From Salpingoeca rosetta (taxonomy: Eukaryota; Protista; Choanoflagellata): a DNA stretch of 64,000 bases. The notes below the pieces were generated by a model. It did no database searches and was not told the DNA's origin. It saw nothing but the letters and a program-made list of their open reading frames with translations. Both the position numbers and the translations under genes were made by a program. Shown piece after piece: positions 61,603 to 64,000 of the stretch (position 1 is its first letter; each line of letters starts with the position of its first letter). Location of the stretch: contig JAWQFM010000020.1 in the NCBI GenBank assembly GCA_033442325.1, forward strand, positions 1,125,446-1,189,445, read 5' to 3'.

Positions 61603-64000
61603 ATGCGGGCGTCAAGTTGCATTGCGCCGCTCCTCGCCTTCGCCATCGCCGTGGCTGCAGCCTCTGCAGGAGGCATTACGCGACCTCCACCCACACCAAC
61701 AACCACACCAACAACCACACCAACAACCACACCAACAACCACACCAACAACCACACCAACAACCACACCAACAATGACAGCGTGGAAGGCTGGAACGACG
61801 CCCTATTTGGAGTTGAGCAACGACGGCGGCGGTACCCTGCTCGTGGCGAGCCTTGGTGGTACCCACATCTGGAGGCCGTGCGCTTCGGCCGCCTCAAGCG
61901 CAGACATGAATGGACCGCGCTTGCTCGTTGGCGATGATGGCTTTGACATTCTTGATGCGCTTCACAACATCTCTGCGGTCGCCGAAGGCTTCCGCAAGTG
62001 GACCCTGTCACACGCGCACATGCTGTGGCAACACTCCGTTGAAGGCGGCCAAGCCAGAACCATCATCGATGGCCTGATGCACGCAGCCTCCTTGGCCATC
62101 CACCCTGGCGATAACAACAGCGTGAGCAATGGCAACAACACCAGCACCTGGAGATCGCGCTGCACGCCAATCGCTGACCAGCCCTTGGTGAACGAGGGCT
62201 GGATTGAAGCCGATGCGGAGGGCAGCCTGCTCATCGGCACACAAGGCGACGTTTACCTGCATCTCCCTGCCTCGGGTGCACTTACCGTTGGAGATGTGGA
62301 TTTCTTGAACGCCTTGCGTACCATCACACGCACCCTTAACAACCTCCTTAAAGCCGTTCAAGACACCCTGCCGTCTTATCTCACGGAGACACTGCCAGCC
62401 TCTGTGGCGGCTACTGCGCTCCCCACACTCCCTACACCACGCCGCAACCTCGACAACCGCACTCCTGCACCTGCTGGAGTCTCCGTGGATGCTGATGGCC
62501 ACGTGCATATTTCCAGCAACACAGCTGCTGGCGCAGGAGCCGGTGGCATTTCCTTTCAGCACCTGTCCGAGGATGACGGCTCCGCATCATCATCACCAGC
62601 CGCGCTCCACTTGCTGGTTGGCGGCGTGGATGTCGGCGGCTTGTTGGCCAACACGTCCGAGCTCGTGGCATCCTTCGCACCACACCTCCTGTCCATCACG
62701 TCAACCGCCAATCGCACGTTGGACTGCGAATCCCCGGCGTCAAAGGACCAAGCCATGGCAGAGGAGTGGACGGAGGCTGGAAGTGTCGTCCACTGCTGCT
62801 GCGAGCAGTTTCGCCACCTGCGCCGTGTGCTTGGCAGCGTTGCCCTCGCCGAAACCACGGTGGACCTGGCGTTTGGCGACGTGACCGCCGTGTGGGGGCA
62901 CGTGCAAGGAAATGGAAGGGCGCTGAGCAGCGTGGACTTCGGCAGCCTGCGAGCGGTGTACGGAGACATCCGCTTGTCCGGCACCAGTGTTGCCAATCTT
63001 GACCTCGGCGGGCTCGTGTTTGTCGGTGGCGAGTTGCAGCTCGGGTACAACTACTACCTCACCTCCGTTTCCCTCGGGTCCCTGGCACACGTTGGCGGTC
63101 GCGTGTACATCAGCGCTGGCACCCCTTCCCTATCTGCGTTTGACCTTGGCAACCTCACGCGCGTGGACGGCAGCTTCTACATCGGCTTGCACACCCCACT
63201 CCCAACGCACACTCTCACATATGTCGGTGGCACACTCAGCATATTCCAGAATAGAGACCTCACACAGCTCAGCCTGAGTTCCTTGGAGTACATTGGAGGT
63301 GATCTCGACCTGGAAAGCCTGGAGGAACTATCGCAGGTGGACCTGGGCGCACAGCTTACCGCCATCAATGGCCGCCTTCGCGTACAGTACTGCGACAGCT
63401 TGCTGAGTCTGAACCTGGGCGCCCTCGCCACGATCGGTGGTAGCTTGTCCCTCACAGACAATGGCTTGCTGTCGTCTGTTGATCTCGGTGTGCTCACAAG
63501 CGTTGGTGGCGACATTGACCTGCGCAGATCCGCCGTCAACGGCATCTCCCTCGCACCCCTCCACAGCCTTGGCGGGCTCCTCTGGATTGAGTACAGCCTC
63601 TTCTCCAAGGTCGACCTGGACAAGCTGGAGGCAACCGGTGGTGGGATCGGGTTGTGCTGCGATGCCACGCTGCAGTCTTTCGACATTGCATCGCAGGCCT
63701 CCCGCCTCCGCCATGGTCTGGGCCTCAGCAGGTTTCCTCAGCTCACATCATTGGACTTTGGCTCTTTGACCACAGTGCTGGGGCCCGTTGCTGTCACGTT
63801 CAACGAACGCCTGACAGCTGTTGACATGTCCGGCGTCCAGTCCATCGGGGGCACTCTCGAGATTCACAACAACGAAGCACTCACCAACATCTCCGTCCAA
63901 GGCCTGCAAACCGTGGCTGGCGACATAACAATCGGCAGAAACGGCCAGGGCCAGCTCACTTCCCTCTCCTTCCCCAACTTGCAGCGACACAACTACAGCC
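61603..64000 (+). CDS. Secreted/surface protein with signal peptide, PTTT mucin repeat, three repeated N-terminal modules and many receptor L-domain/Ecm33-like repeats. Intronless so far, runs off window end (absent from ORF track)
   Basis: Open frame from ATG 61603: MRASSCIAPLLAFAIAVAAASA, (PTTT)n, then repeats like LSSVDFGSLRAVYGDIRL, LTSVSLGSLAHVGGRVYI, LLSLNLGALATIGGSLSLTDN, LTNISVQGLQTVAGDITI. Confidence 0.85.
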   Translation, partial: MRASSCIAPLLAFAIAVAAASAGGITRPPPTPTTTPTTTPTTTPTTTPTTTPTTTPTMTAWKAGTTPYLELSNDGGGTLLVASLGGTHIWRPCASAASSADMNGPRLLVGDDGFDILDALHNISAVAEGFRKWTLSHAHMLWQHSVEGGQARTIIDGLMHAASLAIHPGDNNSVSNGNNTSTWRSRCTPIADQPLVNEGWIEADAEGSLLIGTQGDVYLHLPASGALTVGDVDFLNALRTITRTLNNLLKAVQDTLPSYLTETLPASVAATALPTLPTPRRNLDNRTPAPAGVSVDADGHVHISSNTAAGAGAGGISFQHLSEDDGSASSSPAALHLLVGGVDVGGLLANTSELVASFAPHLLSITSTANRTLDCESPASKDQAMAEEWTEAGSVVHCCCEQFRHLRRVLGSVALAETTVDLAFGDVTAVWGHVQGNGRALSSVDFGSLRAVYGDIRLSGTSVANLDLGGLVFVGGELQLGYNYYLTSVSLGSLAHVGGRVYISAGTPSLSAFDLGNLTRVDGSFYIGLHTPLPTHTLTYVGGTLSIFQNRDLTQLSLSSLEYIGGDLDLESLEELSQVDLGAQLTAINGRLRVQYCDSLLSLNLGALATIGGSLSLTDNGLLSSVDLGVLTSVGGDIDLRRSAVNGISLAPLHSLGGLLWIEYSLFSKVDLDKLEATGGGIGLCCDATLQSFDIASQASRLRHGLGLSRFPQLTSLDFGSLTTVLGPVAVTFNERLTAVDMSGVQSIGGTLEIHNNEALTNISVQGLQTVAGDITIGRNGQGQLTSLSFPNLQRHNYS

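Overview
Intron-rich eukaryotic DNA with canonical GT-AG introns filled with (CA)n/(GT)n, (AAAC)n and trinucleotide microsatellites, plus seven N-gaps. Gene content and style suggest a choanoflagellate, most likely Salpingoeca rosetta (inference). About 16 protein-coding genes were reconstructed by hand: eIF3f (partial), NF-YC, AREL1-like HECT E3 ligase, SPEN/RBM15-type RRM+SPOC protein, SFT2, FAM107-like, a Gv-like G-alpha, CoA-transferase III, an NPPY N6-methyltransferase with an RGG tail, syntaxin-1-like (3' half missing), TTC4/Cns1 (3' half missing), RAE1 (one WD40 segment missing), a large LRR/furin-repeat/TM/TIR receptor, TMTC O-mannosyltransferase, SMC1, and a secreted L-domain/Ecm33-like repeat protein running off the right end. 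Fourteen of the genes sit in head-to-head pairs. Headline: three ORF-track pieces at 46185-39821 (-) splice in phase into one 1824-aa Toll-like receptor architecture (signal peptide, 8 LRRs, furin-like repeats, TM, TIR). Its TIR resembles the SARM1 NADase type, keeps the catalytic Glu and is split by a long low-complexity insertion. All family assignments come from recalled motifs, not database searches. Most ORF-track entries (VCVC/HTHT etc.) are microsatellite artefacts.
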